A stretch of 62,694 nt of DNA, the filler included. It is 4 parts of 4 records of this genome, joined end to end, with 100 filler letters (N's around TTAATTAATTAA, not from the genome) between each part and the next. Parts side by side here need not be neighbours in the genome. Positions count along the whole stretch, not along the records: positions 13,351 to 22,549 come from SRR20825006_1696; positions 22,650 to 48,483 come from SRR20825006_1697; 2 more parts are not named here. The stretch is one strand, 5' to 3'. Numbering within the stretch: the first letter of the stretch is position 1; each line of letters starts with the position of its first letter. The position numbers and the translations under genes were made by a program. Below, one piece after another: positions 20,746 to 30,800 of this stretch. Under the pieces are notes generated by a model. The model saw only the letters and a list, made by a program, of their open reading frames with translations. It ran no database searches and had not been told where the DNA came from.

Positions 20746-20800
20746 CTATTGAAGCATAAAGTTAATCAATAATAACTATTAGTGATTGACACTAACTTTG
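20746..20800 (+). promoter_or_regulatory. oxyR/dps divergent control region with a possible OxyR half-site and a -7 element
   Basis: ATAA-N7-CAAT (20756-20770) resembles ATAG-N7-CTAT; TAACTTTG at 20793-20800. Confidence 0.45.
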
Positions 20801-20804
20801 TCCT

Positions 20805-21254
20805 ATGAATTTATCAGAACACTATCTAAACAAATTAAACACATTATTAGCATCGTATCAAATGCACTATCAAAACCTTAGGTCGTTGCATTGGAATATC
20901 AAGGGAAGCTCATTTTTTGAACTTCATTTGAAGTATGAAGAGTTATATACAAGGACTCAAGTAATTGTAGATGACCTCGCAGAAAGAATTCTCTCAATTG
21001 GAGGAACGCCGTTGTCTCATTTTAGTGATTATCTAAAACAGAGTGCACTTCAAGAAACAGGCATCGTTGAAGAAGGAAAAAAAGGAGTGAGTTATATTCT
21101 GGAGGCTCAAGAGCAGCTTCTTTCCATGGAAAAGGAAATTCTTTCTCTTTCCTCCGAGAAAGACGACGAAGGGACAAATGCACTTATGAGTGACCTAATT
21201 AGGGAGAAAGAAAAGACGAATTGGATGTTCAAATCATGGCTCAATCGTTCTTAA
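20805..21254 (+). CDS. dps: Dps family protein
   Basis: LHWNIKGSSFFELHLKYEELY, DDLAERI, DEGT. Confidence 0.94.
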   Translation: MNLSEHYLNKLNTLLASYQMHYQNLRSLHWNIKGSSFFELHLKYEELYTRTQVIVDDLAERILSIGGTPLSHFSDYLKQSALQETGIVEEGKKGVSYILEAQEQLLSMEKEILSLSSEKDDEGTNALMSDLIREKEKTNWMFKSWLNRS

Positions 21255-21302
21255 AATAGTATCTTTGCGCACGAAAAAACAACATAAAACACAATAATTA
21301 AC

Positions 21303-21935
21303 ATGGGAGTATTAGTAGGTAAAAAAGCACCATCATTTAACGCTGGAGCGGTTGTAAACGGAGGAGAAATCGTTGAGAATTTTTCGTTAGATCAGTACAT
21401 TGGAAAGAATCCAGTTGTATTTTTCTTTTACCCAAAAGATTTTACATTCGTTTGTCCTTCTGAATTGCATGCATTTCAATCAAAACTAGCTGAATTTGAA
21501 GCACGTGGTGCAAAAGTTGTGGCTTGTTCAACAGATACAGAAGAGTCTCACTGGGGATGGCTTCAAGTTCCTAAAAACAAAGGAGGAATTGAAGGAATAA
21601 CGTATCCAATTGTTGCGGATACTACAAAAACGATCTCTGAAGCATTCGGAGTATTGGCTGGTGAGTACGATTATGATGAAGAAATGAACATGATCGCTAC
21701 AGGACCGATGATCGCATACCGTGGACTTTTCTTAATTGATAAGGAAGGGATCGTTATGCATCAAGTAGTGAACAACTTCCCTCTTGGAAGAAACGTTGAC
21801 GAAGCATTACGTATGGTTGACGCACTTCAGTTCTTCGAAGAAAATGGTGAAGTTTGTCCAGCAAACTGGCAAAAAGGTGAAACAGGGATGAAAGCAAGCT
21901 TCGACGGAGTTGCTGAATATTTCTCTGCAAACTAG
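21303..21935 (+). CDS. ahpC: 2-Cys peroxiredoxin
   Basis: FYPKDFTFVCPSE, GRNVDE and GEVCPANW; TATCTTTG at 21260-21267. Confidence 0.95.
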   Translation: MGVLVGKKAPSFNAGAVVNGGEIVENFSLDQYIGKNPVVFFFYPKDFTFVCPSELHAFQSKLAEFEARGAKVVACSTDTEESHWGWLQVPKNKGGIEGITYPIVADTTKTISEAFGVLAGEYDYDEEMNMIATGPMIAYRGLFLIDKEGIVMHQVVNNFPLGRNVDEALRMVDALQFFEENGEVCPANWQKGETGMKASFDGVAEYFSAN

Positions 21936-21957
21936 GAAATACAAAAAACTTTTTTGG

Positions 21958-21990
21958 AAGCCTGGTCTGAACGGATCAGGCTTTTTTGTT
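21958..21990 (+). terminator. Intrinsic terminator after ahpC
   Basis: AAGCCTGGTC-TGAACG-GATCAGGCTT followed by a T run. Confidence 0.8.
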
Positions 21991-22095
21991 GTCACGGATT
22001 GGAAATCCGCGACAACAAAGTTCGACGACTTATCAGATCACAAACATTCAAGTTCGAAGTACTCCATTGAAATAAATCAATCTTATCTTTGTCTC

Positions 22096-22443
22096 ATGTC
22101 AAAAATTACCGTGTACCATAACGCGAGATGCTCAAAAAGCCGATGCGCACTTTCTTATTTGGATGAAAAAAATCAGGAGTATGAAGTCGTGGAATATCTA
22201 AAAACTCCTCTAACGAAGAAACTATTGACAGAATTAATAGCTCAATTGGGAATTTCTGCTGAAGAGTTAGTTCGAAAGGGAGAACCCGATTTTAAAGAAC
22301 ATTTTGCAGGGAAAAAGTTGAGTGAAAAGCAATGGATAGAAGCGATGATCGCCTATCCGAAACTTATTGAACGTCCGATAATTGTGAAAGATGGAAAGGC
22401 GGTTATTGCTAGACCTACGGAGGCAATTGATTCTCTGCTTTGA
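22096..22443 (+). CDS. arsC: ArsC/Spx family (glutaredoxin-type arsenate reductase-like) protein
   Basis: VYHNARCSKSR, PKLIERPI, ARP; likely start MSKITVYHN at 22096. Confidence 0.85.
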   Translation: MSKITVYHNARCSKSRCALSYLDEKNQEYEVVEYLKTPLTKKLLTELIAQLGISAEELVRKGEPDFKEHFAGKKLSEKQWIEAMIAYPKLIERPIIVKDGKAVIARPTEAIDSLL

Positions 22444-22497
22444 TTATTGAGTTCGCTTGGGTGGGAAGTTAAAAGTTCTGAGAGTTGACTCTGTCAT

Positions 22498-22523
22498 CCC
22501 CCTAGCCCCCTTCAAAGGGGGAA
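22498..22523. repeat. GC-rich REP-like hairpin near the contig end
   Basis: CCCCCTAGCCCCCTTCAAAGGGGGAA (stem CCCCCT/AGGGGG); only one copy seen in the window. Confidence 0.3.
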
Positions 22524-22549
22524 ATGTTATGCTTTGAAAACGATCTGTT

Positions 22550-22649
22550 NNNNNNNNNNNNNNNNNNNNNNNNNNNNNNNNNNNNNNNNNNNNTTAATTA
22601 ATTAANNNNNNNNNNNNNNNNNNNNNNNNNNNNNNNNNNNNNNNNNNNN
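22550..22649. other. Artificial contig linker
   Basis: N run + TTAATTAATTAA + N run, 100 nt. Confidence 0.99.
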
Positions 22650-22905
22650 CCTGTTAAACCAATTGGACCTTGTGGACCTGCTGCTCCTGTTGGACCTGGC
22701 GCTCCGGTCGTTCCTGCTGGACCCGTAGCACCCGCTGGGCCTGTTAAACCAATCGGACCTTGTGGACCCACTGCTCCCGTTGGACCCGCTGGGCCTGTTA
22801 AACCTATTGGACCTTGAGGTCCCACTGCTCCCGTTGGGCCTGCTGGACCTGTCGCACCCGCCGGACCTGTTAAACCAATCGGACCTTGCGGACCCACTGG
22901 ACCTA
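22650..22905 (-). repeat. Collagen-coding imperfect tandem repeats
   Basis: CCTGTTAAACC(A/T)AT(C/T)GGACCTTG, coding within [10 protein letters not shown], starts at 22650, 22740, 22794 and 22866. Confidence 0.9.
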
Positions 22906-23188
22906 AAGTTCCGGTACATAAATTTTGCCAACCAGAGCCTGTAACGAAATAGAAAAAACAATCTTGATCAGTATCGTACACTAAAAGTCCATCAGCAGGA
23001 CCAGCAATAGCCGTTCTTTGAGCTGAAGTCATTCTAGGAACTAGAACTCCTTTATCACTTGCTTGAAGTTCAAGCACTGCACTTGGATCAGGTGTGGTTG
23101 TTCCTATACCAACATTATTTTGACCTATAGCTCCTGATGACAATAATGAGAATAGGATGGCGAATTGAATTCTTCTTAGTAGTTTCAT
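22650..23188 (-). CDS. Secreted collagen-like protein, truncated by the gap
   Basis: Signal peptide, [14 protein letters not shown]...[11 protein letters not shown] domain, then continuous Gly-X-Y triplets. Confidence 0.88.
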
Positions 23189-23196
23189 TAGTTTAG

Positions 23197-24513
23197 TTAT
23201 ATACCTGTATTTAATGTTATGTGTCCTTGTTTTTTGTACTCTTTTGTGGAAGATTTAGCGGTTACTATATAAAAATAAGTTCCATCTTGACAGAGCGTTC
23301 CTCCTGACCTTCCATCCCAAGATGATTTTATGTCATCTGTTTGAAATACCACATTTCCCCATCTGTTCACGATTACCATACTAAATTCATTGATTCCAGA
23401 ACCTGTTACGAAGTAAGAATCATTGATTCCGTCTTGGTTAGGTGTAAATACATTGGGAATCACCAAATCCTCCATGATTGTTGTCAACACATACGGATGA
23501 TATAGATCAGGAAATTGCCAGTTCACCTTAGAAACACCACTGTAGTTTCCGATTGTTTGAATTTCTCCCTCTCCCATCGAACTCCAAAGAACTTGATTAT
23601 CCTTCCAGTTCGCCATTGAATTCCACTCCCCATCTTCCGAAGGCAAATAACTGATCCCAATCGTAGCGTTCGAAGATCCTACAACGCGTTCTATGGAATG
23701 GAAATAATTCTCATTTGCTGTAGAGATTTCTGGATCGTGTAAACCTAAAAAATAGCCGTAATTATCTGCCAAAACATTATTTAACCGCACTGTAAAAGAG
23801 TTTGCCGAGTTTGATTCAGGTCGAATGGTGATTGGACGGTATCTTTTGACAACATCACTTGATCCAACTGGAAAATAATATGTGTTTGTTGAATTAGTAT
23901 TCCAAGATAAGTTCCCTAGGAAATCGCTACTCACAAACCCTTCTGAACCAAATGTTTGATCATTTGAAATCGCAGTACTTGAAGGATTCAATACAGAAAG
24001 AAGATTATCCTGTGTTTCAAATTCTCTATTATTGATTGTTAACGTTCCAGAAGTCGAAATACGAGCATCAACATTTATGAGTGACTTCTTTCTGTCATTC
24101 GCAGTGCCGTTTCCTTGTAATACCAGATTATTAAACTCTGTAATCGTGCCATTCGAACTCGAAATAAATTGTTGTGTGTTTCCATTTAAGTAGACGGAAC
24201 TAGCGGCAGCAGTGAAAACAGCATCATTGATCCAATCCTGTTCTACCCAGTATTGACCATTTCCATTGGCAGAGGATCCACCAAGAATGGTAAACGTTCC
24301 AGGGATTGCCAGATTGGAATTCTTTGTTATTCGGAGTTCTCCATTATTTGTAAAATTAGAGATGCTTGCCAAAGAAAAACCACCGTTGCTCGTCAATAAA
24401 CCACCATTACTGATGTGAACAGTCGCGCCGTTAGATGTGAAAATTTGAGAAAATAGAAAATATGGTGCCCCAGCTAAAACCAAAGAGAGTACCCATTTGC
24501 CTGACAATTTCAT
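23197..24513 (-). CDS. T9SS cargo protein with type B (gliding-motility-associated) C-terminal domain
   Basis: Signal peptide; C-terminal [14 protein letters not shown]...NRWG...WDG...GTYFY...GHITL. Confidence 0.88.
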   Translation of the reverse strand: MKLSGKWVLSLVLAGAPYFLFSQIFTSNGATVHISNGGLLTSNGGFSLASISNFTNNGELRITKNSNLAIPGTFTILGGSSANGNGQYWVEQDWINDAVFTAAASSVYLNGNTQQFISSSNGTITEFNNLVLQGNGTANDRKKSLINVDARISTSGTLTINNREFETQDNLLSVLNPSSTAISNDQTFGSEGFVSSDFLGNLSWNTNSTNTYYFPVGSSDVVKRYRPITIRPESNSANSFTVRLNNVLADNYGYFLGLHDPEISTANENYFHSIERVVGSSNATIGISYLPSEDGEWNSMANWKDNQVLWSSMGEGEIQTIGNYSGVSKVNWQFPDLYHPYVLTTIMEDLVIPNVFTPNQDGINDSYFVTGSGINEFSMVIVNRWGNVVFQTDDIKSSWDGRSGGTLCQDGTYFYIVTAKSSTKEYKKQGHITLNTGI

Positions 24514-24879
24514 TGTAGTAGTAATAAAGTTAATGCAATGTATTTCAAATTTTTAACATTGAGATCACATTATGATAAAATTGTTTATTTATTGCGTTCT
24601 ATTGACTGAAATGGCCTTCGAACTGACAATTTTGACTTAACTCTTCCCTCTTCCATTAAATGTTTTTAACTGATAATAAGTACTTTATAAGCAATATTTC
24701 ATCCATTTTAAATCTCACACTAAAAGAACTGTTCTCTTAGTATTCCGATAATCTCTCAATTCCTTCATTAAATCGGATTAATCATTTTAACAATTGCCTA
24801 GATTTTCTCAAAACTGATCTCGCCAAAAATGCGCAATTTAGGGCTTGAATAACCCAAAAAAATCCATCAAGACAACAAG

Positions 24880-26115
24880 ATGCAAAGAATACTTAACCAG
24901 CGACACGACAAATCCACCTGGATTAATGCCACCTCTGTTCTATTCGAGCGTGCATCCTATTATGGTTTTAGAGCGTGCATTATTTTTTATTTGGTTGATG
25001 AGACATTTAAAATGCCCACTGAAGAAGCTTTTAAATTGTATGGTTGGTTAACAATGTCACTCCTTTTCACCAAAATTATTGGAGCCCTTCTGGGAGATTT
25101 CTTACTTGGAAACAGAAAAGCACTTATTATAGGAGGATTTTTACAAGCCGCGAGCGCTTTTATTTTCTGTATTCCATCTATTTATGCGGTCTACACAGGA
25201 TTTACGCTGTTAATTATTGGTAGCGGATTATACTCATCAAATATGATTGCCTATTTTGGGAAACAGTATTATTCCAAAATCATGCTGTTAGATGCAGGAT
25301 ACACCATTTATTACTTGGCAAGCAATTTAGGTTCGTTCATTGGTATTTTACTGATTGGCTATATAGGGGAACGAGTTGGCTGGAATGCGGGTTTTATTGT
25401 TGCTGGTACACTTTTATTGATCTCGGTTAGTTTACCACTATTCTTTCGACCAAATGAACAAGAAAAAATCCCCTTAGAGATTAAAGCAAAAAAGAGGTTG
25501 ATTTTACAGGTCACAATCGCGTTTATTCTAGTAGGCATTTTTTGGTCTGTGAGTCATTTTACTGAAATCAGAAAATTTCAACTTGTAGATCATTTTTCGG
25601 AAAGAGGAATTTCTTCATTACCAAGCTACTTGGGGACTTCAGAACCGTATTCAATTATTCTGATCATTTTAGTTTTCTTTATTATTCTTTGGTCGAGGTA
25701 TTATACGTCACATCTTGTTAAGCTATTACTGGGCTTTGTTTCTATTGCGTTATCAATCGCATTTCTCATTGTCATTCCAGAAAGTCCCTCTGAGAATTAT
25801 ACCATTCCTTTCATTATATTCTTTGTTTTCATTTCGTTGTCTGAAGTTTTTATTTCTCCGGTTCTAAACTCACTACTCACCGAATATGTTAATCCAAAGT
25901 ACCTTACAACAGTTTTGAGTTTGTCCTTTGCTCCTACTAGCTTGTTCATTTTTCTTGTCAGCCATTTCACTGGATTTTTCTTTGATCATCAAACCGTCTT
26001 ATTTGTATGCCTTCTCATTATAGTTCTTGCGATCGCAGTAGGTTTGTTTCTTTTCATTGAGAAATTCAATCTCGATCGAACTACGGAAACTAACTCTCAA
26101 CAATTAGACTCATAA
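24880..26115 (+). CDS. MFS transporter, POT/PTR peptide-transporter-like
   Basis: FERASYYG.R (ExxERF-like), IGALLGD..LG, about 12 TM helices. Confidence 0.8.
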   Translation: MQRILNQRHDKSTWINATSVLFERASYYGFRACIIFYLVDETFKMPTEEAFKLYGWLTMSLLFTKIIGALLGDFLLGNRKALIIGGFLQAASAFIFCIPSIYAVYTGFTLLIIGSGLYSSNMIAYFGKQYYSKIMLLDAGYTIYYLASNLGSFIGILLIGYIGERVGWNAGFIVAGTLLLISVSLPLFFRPNEQEKIPLEIKAKKRLILQVTIAFILVGIFWSVSHFTEIRKFQLVDHFSERGISSLPSYLGTSEPYSIILIILVFFIILWSRYYTSHLVKLLLGFVSIALSIAFLIVIPESPSENYTIPFIIFFVFISLSEVFISPVLNSLLTEYVNPKYLTTVLSLSFAPTSLFIFLVSHFTGFFFDHQTVLFVCLLIIVLAIAVGLFLFIEKFNLDRTTETNSQQLDS

Positions 26116-26140
26116 AAAAATCACCGCATATTTTTTTAAC

Positions 26141-26650
26141 ATGAACAAAACGATAATTAATCCAAATATGAAAATACGCTGTCATTTCTATTTGCCAATC
26201 CTACTCTTTGCAACCTTCCTGATATCTAGTTGTTCATCTTCCGAAATCAAAGAATCGCCGAAAGTCAGCTTTGATAGCGTGCATATTTCTCGCGATTTTA
26301 CGGATTCTATTGCTGATCATTTTTCTTCAGTCATTCAATCCAATGAAACGTTTAAAAACTGGGATTTCAACCCTGAAAATGCTGTCATCAGCGAACAAAA
26401 AGGATCTTATTTCCTTGAAATATACAAGCTCGTCTCCGATTCACTCATTGGTTATCAGGTAGATTTGAAAGTACGCCGATATCAAAATCCACTTTTATCG
26501 ACCATCCTTAAACCAGAGGATGTTTGTCAGTTTAAAATGAATTCCGAAAAAAAGGATTTAACGATCTATGACTCGGAGCAAAATAAATTTATACCCTATC
26601 ACTCAACTGAAGGCAAAGCGCTTTTTTCAAGCTACTTAGTCAACGAATGA
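26141..26650 (+). CDS. Hypothetical lipoprotein
   Basis: Lipobox-like LISS-C after a hydrophobic stretch. Confidence 0.55.
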   Translation: MNKTIINPNMKIRCHFYLPILLFATFLISSCSSSEIKESPKVSFDSVHISRDFTDSIADHFSSVIQSNETFKNWDFNPENAVISEQKGSYFLEIYKLVSDSLIGYQVDLKVRRYQNPLLSTILKPEDVCQFKMNSEKKDLTIYDSEQNKFIPYHSTEGKALFSSYLVNE

Positions 26651-26752
26651 TGAATGCTTTTGTGCTCTATTGTAATTGTCTTAGTTCGATCAAAAGACAT
26701 CGACCTTGTGAGATAGACGCATAAAGACTATCTTACTTTTAAAATTCACCCG

Positions 26753-27430
26753 ATGACACCTGAAATTATTCCTTTAAAAACATTCGCTACAGAGCAGGAA
26801 GCAGAACAATTGATTGAGTTCCTTACAGAAAATGGAATTCAAGCTACGCTAAAAAAGGACAAGGGTGGTAATTTGGATAAGACTTTCGAAGGAGATCCAC
26901 TTCTGAATGAGTTTACTGTATTCATTCCAGAAACTGAACACACTCGAACTCAAGAAATTTTACACCAAGAAGCGAAGAAAATGATCGATGATGTCGCTAC
27001 GGATCATTACCTTTTTGAATTCACCAATGAGGAATTAGAAGATGTGTTGATTAAGCATCAAGAATGGAGTGACTTCGACGTCGTATTGAGTGAAAAAATT
27101 CTCTCCGATCGCGGTATTGATCTTTCGAAACTTAATCTAAACGAAAAGAGAATTGAGCGAATAGAAGAACTTTCAGCGTCTCAAGGCGGACAAGGTGGCT
27201 GGATCGTGTTTGGTTATATTAGTGCCTTTTTAGGAGGCTTTTTTGGACTTCTAATCGGTTATTTTCTTTGGAAATCAAAAAAACAGCTTCCAAATGGTCA
27301 GAAAGTACACACGTACAACGTTGACATTCGAAAGCATGGAAAAACAATCTTTATCATTTCTTTAATTGTGTTCCCAATAGCTTTTCTGTACAAAATTGCG
27401 GGCGAAATCAGCCTCGTTTCTGGCTATTAA
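26753..27430 (+). CDS. DUF2007-like membrane protein
   Basis: N-terminal TF..EQEAE.L.EFL.ENGI pattern; two C-terminal TM helices. Confidence 0.6.
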   Translation: MTPEIIPLKTFATEQEAEQLIEFLTENGIQATLKKDKGGNLDKTFEGDPLLNEFTVFIPETEHTRTQEILHQEAKKMIDDVATDHYLFEFTNEELEDVLIKHQEWSDFDVVLSEKILSDRGIDLSKLNLNEKRIERIEELSASQGGQGGWIVFGYISAFLGGFFGLLIGYFLWKSKKQLPNGQKVHTYNVDIRKHGKTIFIISLIVFPIAFLYKIAGEISLVSGY

Positions 27431-27450
27431 TGAATTATTGAGAACGTAAA

Positions 27451-27963
27451 ATGCTTAAAAAAATAATCGCTGTTATTTTCATTCTTTTTCTTGTAGTCAT
27501 AACTCCTTGGCTGCACCAGTTTCTTCGAGAAAGTTTTCCGATAAGACTTATTCTTGGTCATCGAGTTTTGTTTCTTCATCTAACGAATATATTGATCGCA
27601 TCCATAGTAGCTTATATAATTATGAAGTCACACATCACTCTCTGGATCCTGATTCTCGTGTCTGTGTTTATTGGATTATCCTCTATGTATTGGAAAGTCA
27701 GTCGATTTGAACAAACCAAAGCGGAAGTACTTTCGGGCGAATGGCGCTATCCTCCGAATGAAATAGAGTGTTATAAGGAAATCAACTACACCGATTTTTG
27801 GGATTATGCAAAAAACGGATGTCACTACTCTATGGAAGAAGTCTATCGTGCCATACTCAATCGCACACTAATTTGGGCAATTACTATTTTGGTAATTCGA
27901 ATAATCTATAAAACTTTAAGAATCCGTTCTCGGAGAAAAAACCCCAATTTGTTGGATGAGTAA
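27451..27963 (+). CDS. Hypothetical membrane protein
   Basis: 170 aa with four hydrophobic segments. Confidence 0.55.
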   Translation: MLKKIIAVIFILFLVVITPWLHQFLRESFPIRLILGHRVLFLHLTNILIASIVAYIIMKSHITLWILILVSVFIGLSSMYWKVSRFEQTKAEVLSGEWRYPPNEIECYKEINYTDFWDYAKNGCHYSMEEVYRAILNRTLIWAITILVIRIIYKTLRIRSRRKNPNLLDE

Positions 27964-27990
27964 TCTGTATGCTCGAACAATTACAAGTCT

Positions 27991-28389
27991 ATGAAAAGAA
28001 ATCTTATTCTTTTTTTTCTGGTGTTAGGAGCCTTTTGGGGATTGTCCTCTACAAAGCTTAAACCACGAAAGAATGCAAGGTTATTCGTGAGTCGAATCAA
28101 ATATTATGGTTCAAAGGTACTACTCAAAGAAAATGGAACCTTTAAACAAACTCAACATAGCTGCACGTACTCTTTTAGTTGTTCTGGTAAATGGACACAA
28201 AATGGAGATACAATTGCTTTACATCGTGAAAAGTTCAAATCCCGATCAATTTTTGCGGAACGCTATGCAGACCGATCAGATACTCTGCTACAGTTGAGTG
28301 AAGACACTTTAGTTTACTTGTGGGATTATCAATTCGGATTCGGGTCTGGTTTAATCATTCAGGAAAAGCAGTCAAAAAAAGTTCGATAA
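27991..28389 (+). CDS. Hypothetical secreted protein
   Basis: Signal peptide; L.ENGTF...C...GKW..NGDTI.L beta-sheet motif. Confidence 0.55.
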   Translation: MKRNLILFFLVLGAFWGLSSTKLKPRKNARLFVSRIKYYGSKVLLKENGTFKQTQHSCTYSFSCSGKWTQNGDTIALHREKFKSRSIFAERYADRSDTLLQLSEDTLVYLWDYQFGFGSGLIIQEKQSKKVR

Positions 28390-28392
28390 GCA

Positions 28393-28932
28393 ATGGAAAT
28401 GATTCAAATTCAACATGATCTTGAGCAATTGCGAAAAATCTACAAAGCATATTTCACGTGTGAGCGCAAAAGAGAACTCGCTAAAATTCCACGGATTGGA
28501 ATCCTTGTTATTTCAGGCTTACTTTTGGGAATCGGCGTTTTTGCGCAAATCCACTTTCTTATCTATATCGGACTTTTCACAATTGGGCTTCTTGGTATAT
28601 TTTTTATGTATTTTCTTGTAAGATTTAAAAGAGTTGAAAACGCTACTTTCACTGATTTAGGGAAGAACATTAAAGCGCATGGAGCAGAATTTCAATTCTC
28701 CTTTGGCGAAGATGGAATTCGTTACATAACCCCATCCTCCTCTCAATATTTTAAATGGGATATCATTAAACGTTATGAGGAAAACAAAGGAGATATTTAT
28801 CTTTTCAGGGAGAATCGTGAACTTTTTGATATCATTTCAGCATCTATTATTGGAAATGAGGCACTAGGAGAGTTTAGGCTGATGTTGAAAAAAAGTGTGG
28901 AACGAAGTAAGCCTTTACAAAAAAGCGTCTAA
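28393..28932 (+). CDS. YcxB-like membrane protein
   Basis: Two TM helices, then F.EDGI......FKW..I..YEE....YLF. Confidence 0.65.
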   Translation: MEMIQIQHDLEQLRKIYKAYFTCERKRELAKIPRIGILVISGLLLGIGVFAQIHFLIYIGLFTIGLLGIFFMYFLVRFKRVENATFTDLGKNIKAHGAEFQFSFGEDGIRYITPSSSQYFKWDIIKRYEENKGDIYLFRENRELFDIISASIIGNEALGEFRLMLKKSVERSKPLQKSV

Positions 28933-29847
28933 TTCAATCAAATTAGGACGATAATTAATCTGTTGACGGTTGAAAGAAAGAACCTGAACAGGAAAAGATG
29001 GTTTTGGATCCAATGCTTTCGAAAGAATATGAAAAGATGTCGTGTTCTCAAATTCATGGATCACTATTTCCCTTACACCCATTTTTCTTGCCAATTTCTT
29101 CAATCCAGCAAGGACTTTTTTCGCGTTCTCCTTACTCAATCCGTTGATCGCACCAACTTGCAAGATACTCGTAAAACGCAACCAAAGTTGACATCCTTCA
29201 ATGGAGACAATTCTATTTCCCAATCTGTTTTTGTATGTAATAAACTCCTTCGAAAAAGGAATAATTAATGCATTTTCAGAAGACACAGGATTTTCCATCG
29301 AATCGATTACCTGCACTGATTTTAATGCGTTCGCAATCACTCTTCTTTTAACTCCATTCAGTAGCGAAAATTTATTCATCAGTTTCATCCAAGGCAATCC
29401 TTTTTGATGAATATGAAAACGCATCATACGTGAATTATCTTGCCAGCCTTTTCCTTCTGAAACGATATGGGTAATCTCGCTGTGAAAAACAACTTGAACT
29501 GAAATATTCAATTCTTCTAAGAGCGATTTATTCTTAGCCAATAATTGACCTAAGATTCCTTTCTTCTGAAAATTCGGATGTGTGTAGTAATCGCAGTTTT
29601 GTGCGACTAGAAACTTTTTACCGTTTTCTTCGGCGAGCATGGGGAGAACTCCCGAAAAGCCAACCGCCAAATCCTTTACATAAGCAATGTGACACACAAA
29701 AGCCAATCCGCATTTTTCATTTGTATCGTACTTATTGATCAAATAATTCAGTGAAACCTTTCTTCCAAAGGCAACTTGAATTAGCTTTTGCACATCTTTT
29801 AATCGATCTTTTGTGAGGCGCTCAATGCGAACTTCGTCCATATCCAT
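28915..29847 (-). CDS. GNAT-family acyltransferase
   Basis: AQNCDYYTHPNFQKKGI (acyl-CoA binding motif A); overlaps the deacetylase gene. Confidence 0.75.
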   Translation of the reverse strand: MDMDEVRIERLTKDRLKDVQKLIQVAFGRKVSLNYLINKYDTNEKCGLAFVCHIAYVKDLAVGFSGVLPMLAEENGKKFLVAQNCDYYTHPNFQKKGILGQLLAKNKSLLEELNISVQVVFHSEITHIVSEGKGWQDNSRMMRFHIHQKGLPWMKLMNKFSLLNGVKRRVIANALKSVQVIDSMENPVSSENALIIPFSKEFITYKNRLGNRIVSIEGCQLWLRFTSILQVGAINGLSKENAKKVLAGLKKLARKMGVREIVIHEFENTTSFHILSKALDPKPSFPVQVLSFNRQQINYRPNLIELDAFL

Positions 29848-30793
29848 AGTGTCCCCTTGCTAAAAAGTACAGTAGTTCTGAAACTGTGAGGTGAGGGTTT
29901 ATTACAAATCTAGCAATTAAATCATCTGAATGAATTCCCTTAGAATCCACAATAATTTGATGCTTTACTCCAAGTGAACTCAACGCAGAAATAGTCTCTT
30001 CGGAGTACTTTCCATTTGGGTAACAGAACCAAGAAGAATCTCCACCAAGGCGAATTACTTTTTCAACTGAATTAATGACTTCCTGTTTCATCTCCTTCTC
30101 AGTTAAAGAAGTTAAAACGAGGTGATTTTCCCCGTGAGCAACTAGCTGAATTAAAGGTTCCTCACACAATTTCGCTAACTCCTCTTCCGTGAGTAATTTC
30201 CAAAAGGGTGTTAACTCTTTATGCTCACTTAATTTGCCAAAACACGGACGAAACTGCTCATAAAACTCCGTAAGTTGACTCGTTGTAGCCGAAAGCATTC
30301 GTTGTTTTAAACGTGCGCCATCGAGCTTCAATTTCCATTCTTGATTAAATAAGTGAACCGTCTCTTCGGGAAACAATTTGCAACTTAGATCCAATAAATC
30401 ACTCCACAAAACTGGCTCTTCAGCTGAACAAATACAAAAGGTTGCTGGCATGTTGTACTTCTTCAAGATGGGCAGTGCGTGAGTGAAATTGTTCTGAAGT
30501 CCATCATCGAAGGTCAATGCAATATTAAACCTGTCTTCCCGAAGGTTAATTCCAGATTGAAGATCTTTCAAAGAGATCACATTGAAGTGCGCGGAAAAAT
30601 AATTCAACTGTTCTTCGAATGTTTTTGTGGAAATGAACCGACTATTGAAACGGAGCTCGTCTACATCTACAACACCGTGGTAATTGAGCACACACATTCC
30701 TCCTTTTTTGAAGGTTGGTTGAAGCCCAAACCTTGCAAGAAACTGAAATTTCAATTTTAGAAAACGGTAGGAAAGTTTCTTTGCAAATAACAT
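29822..30793 (-). CDS. Polysaccharide deacetylase (CE4, IcaB/PgaB-like)
   Basis: VLNYHGV, LTFDDG, AHGENH, FCYPNG. Confidence 0.88.
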   Translation of the reverse strand: MLFAKKLSYRFLKLKFQFLARFGLQPTFKKGGMCVLNYHGVVDVDELRFNSRFISTKTFEEQLNYFSAHFNVISLKDLQSGINLREDRFNIALTFDDGLQNNFTHALPILKKYNMPATFCICSAEEPVLWSDLLDLSCKLFPEETVHLFNQEWKLKLDGARLKQRMLSATTSQLTEFYEQFRPCFGKLSEHKELTPFWKLLTEEELAKLCEEPLIQLVAHGENHLVLTSLTEKEMKQEVINSVEKVIRLGGDSSWFCYPNGKYSEETISALSSLGVKHQIIVDSKGIHSDDLIARFVINPHLTVSELLYFLARGHYGYGRSSH

Positions 30794-30800
30794 CTCGGCG

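Noticed and set aside
21910-22095. 62-aa N-terminal extension of the ArsC ORF
   Set aside because: It overlaps the ahpC end and crosses its terminator; family similarity and a promoter point to ATG 22096.
22650-22905. Regularly spaced direct repeats as a possible CRISPR array
   Set aside because: They are in-frame Gly-X-Y coding repeats with wobble variation; the intervening DNA is also repetitive and no cas genes are present.
24880-28932. Run of co-oriented small hypothetical genes as an integron cassette array
   Set aside because: No shared attC-like repeat in the spacers, most spacers are under 30 nt, and there is no integrase.
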